This document shows positions 62,805-64,000 of a stretch of 64,000 bases of DNA, one piece after another (within the stretch, counting starts at the first letter, position 1; each line of letters starts with the position of its first letter). Source of the DNA: Lama glama (taxonomy: Eukaryota); the NCBI GenBank assembly GCA_028534125.1, contig CM052816.1, positions 11,472,001 through 11,536,000 of the forward strand. Reading direction: 5' to 3'. The translations under genes were made by a program, and so were the position numbers. The notes under the pieces are model-generated. The model had not been told where the DNA came from, made no database searches, and saw only the letters and a program-made list of their open reading frames with translations.

Positions 62805-62940
62805 GGGAGGAGAGTTTAGCTCAAGTGGTAGAGCACATGCTTAGTATGCAGGAGGTCCTGGGTTCGATTCCCCAGTACCTCCTCAATAAATAAATAAATA
62901 AGTCTGATTGCCCCCTAAAATTAATAACAAATAAATAAAA
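62805..62940 (+). mobile_element. tRNA-derived SINE (Vic-type)
   Basis: TAGCTCAAGTGGTAGAGCACATGCTTAGTATGCAGGAGGTCCTGGGTTCGATTCCCCAGTACCTCC plus an (AAAT)n tail. Confidence 0.9.
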
Positions 62941-62944
62941 TGAA

Positions 62945-63435
62945 CAGATATATTTATACACCAGTATTCATAGCAGCACAATTGCCCACAGGTGGAAACA
63001 ATTCAAATGTCCACCAATAGATGGGTGGGCAAACAAAATGAGGTACATACATACAATAGAATATTGTTCAGCCTTAAAAGGAAGGAAATTCTGACACATG
63101 CTACGACATGGATGAACCTTGAAGACGTATGCTAAGTGAAATAAGCCATTTTTAAAAACATGATTGTTTGAGTCCACTTATATGAGGTCCTAGTGGCATC
63201 AGATTGACTTATAGAGACAGAAAGTAGAACGGTGCTTGCCAGGGGCTGGGGACGGGAGAAGGTGGAGTTTAATAGGTCCAGAGTTTCAGTTTGGGAATAA
63301 GAAAAAGTTCTGGAGATGGGTGGTGGAGATAGTTTCACAACAATGTGAACGCACCAAAGCCACTGAACTGTACCTTACAAAAGGCTAAAGCGGTAAATTT
63401 TATGTTATGTATATTTTGCCACAATAAAGTCATAA
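62945..63435 (+). mobile_element. L1MB-type 3' end
   Basis: CAAATGTCCACCAATAGATG..ACATGGATGAACCTTGAAGAC..GTTTCAGTTTGGGAATAAGAAAAAGTTCTGGAGATGG..TTTTGCCACAATAAA. Confidence 0.85.
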
Positions 63436-64000
63436 TAAAAAGCAAGGTTCTGATGTCAGTTATACCTGGGCTCGCTGTCCATTTTACCCACTTAACTGTG
63501 TGAGCTTGGGCAAGCCACTTCCCCTTGTGACTACAGAAGTACTTATGAAGATTGGTGTGGTGGTTAAAAAATATATAATACGTAAGAAGGACTTAGCATT
63601 GTGCCTGGAACATTGTGTATGCTCGGTAAATGTTACCTACCAGTGTGATAATGGCTAGGTTCTTATCAAAGAAATATCGAGTCTTTTAAAATTTTACATG
63701 ATGGATAGAGAAAGTGGTAATGAACAATCAGATATTTTAAGGAATTGAAACCATTTTTATAAGGTTCATAAAAAAAATGAAAGAAGCAAAAAATGAAATG
63801 TTCAGTGTATGTTAGTGAACATACACTTTGTACATATTATGCAATTTTATCTTCACAACAATTCTCTTTTATATACTGAAAAAAAAAAACAGAAGTTCCT
63901 TGGGGTTAAATAACTTGTTGATCTCACACAGCGGTCAAATAATATTTGAATATAATTTGGACTCATGTCTGCCTCCCTCCAAAGTCCACTGAGTTTCTAG

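Overview
Mammalian genomic DNA, very probably camelid (alpaca/llama/camel-type tRNA-derived SINEs and young L1 3' ends), from a scaffolded assembly with two fixed 500-N gaps. It covers the head-to-head SH3RF2/GRXCR2 locus. On the - strand are SH3RF2's CpG-island promoter, a probable non-coding first exon and the RING-encoding first coding exon (12750-13127). On the + strand is GRXCR2's first coding exon (60321-60656). The rest is intron or intergenic DNA rich in L1, L2, MIR, MaLR/ERV and hAT repeats. Most notable: (1) a decayed IRF3 retrocopy (about 24600-26180, -) spliced at five coding junctions but retaining a 100-nt intron-5-like segment with a mutated donor; (2) an L1 3'-transduction (MIR + MER3-like DNA and a second A-tail inside a perfect 17-bp TSD) nested in an older L1; (3) a 14-codon uORF ending 2 nt before the SH3RF2 ATG. 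I see no CRISPR, rRNA or genuine tRNA genes and no evidence of a new multi-gene system. Gene and repeat names come from recall, not database searches, and repeat boundaries are approximate.
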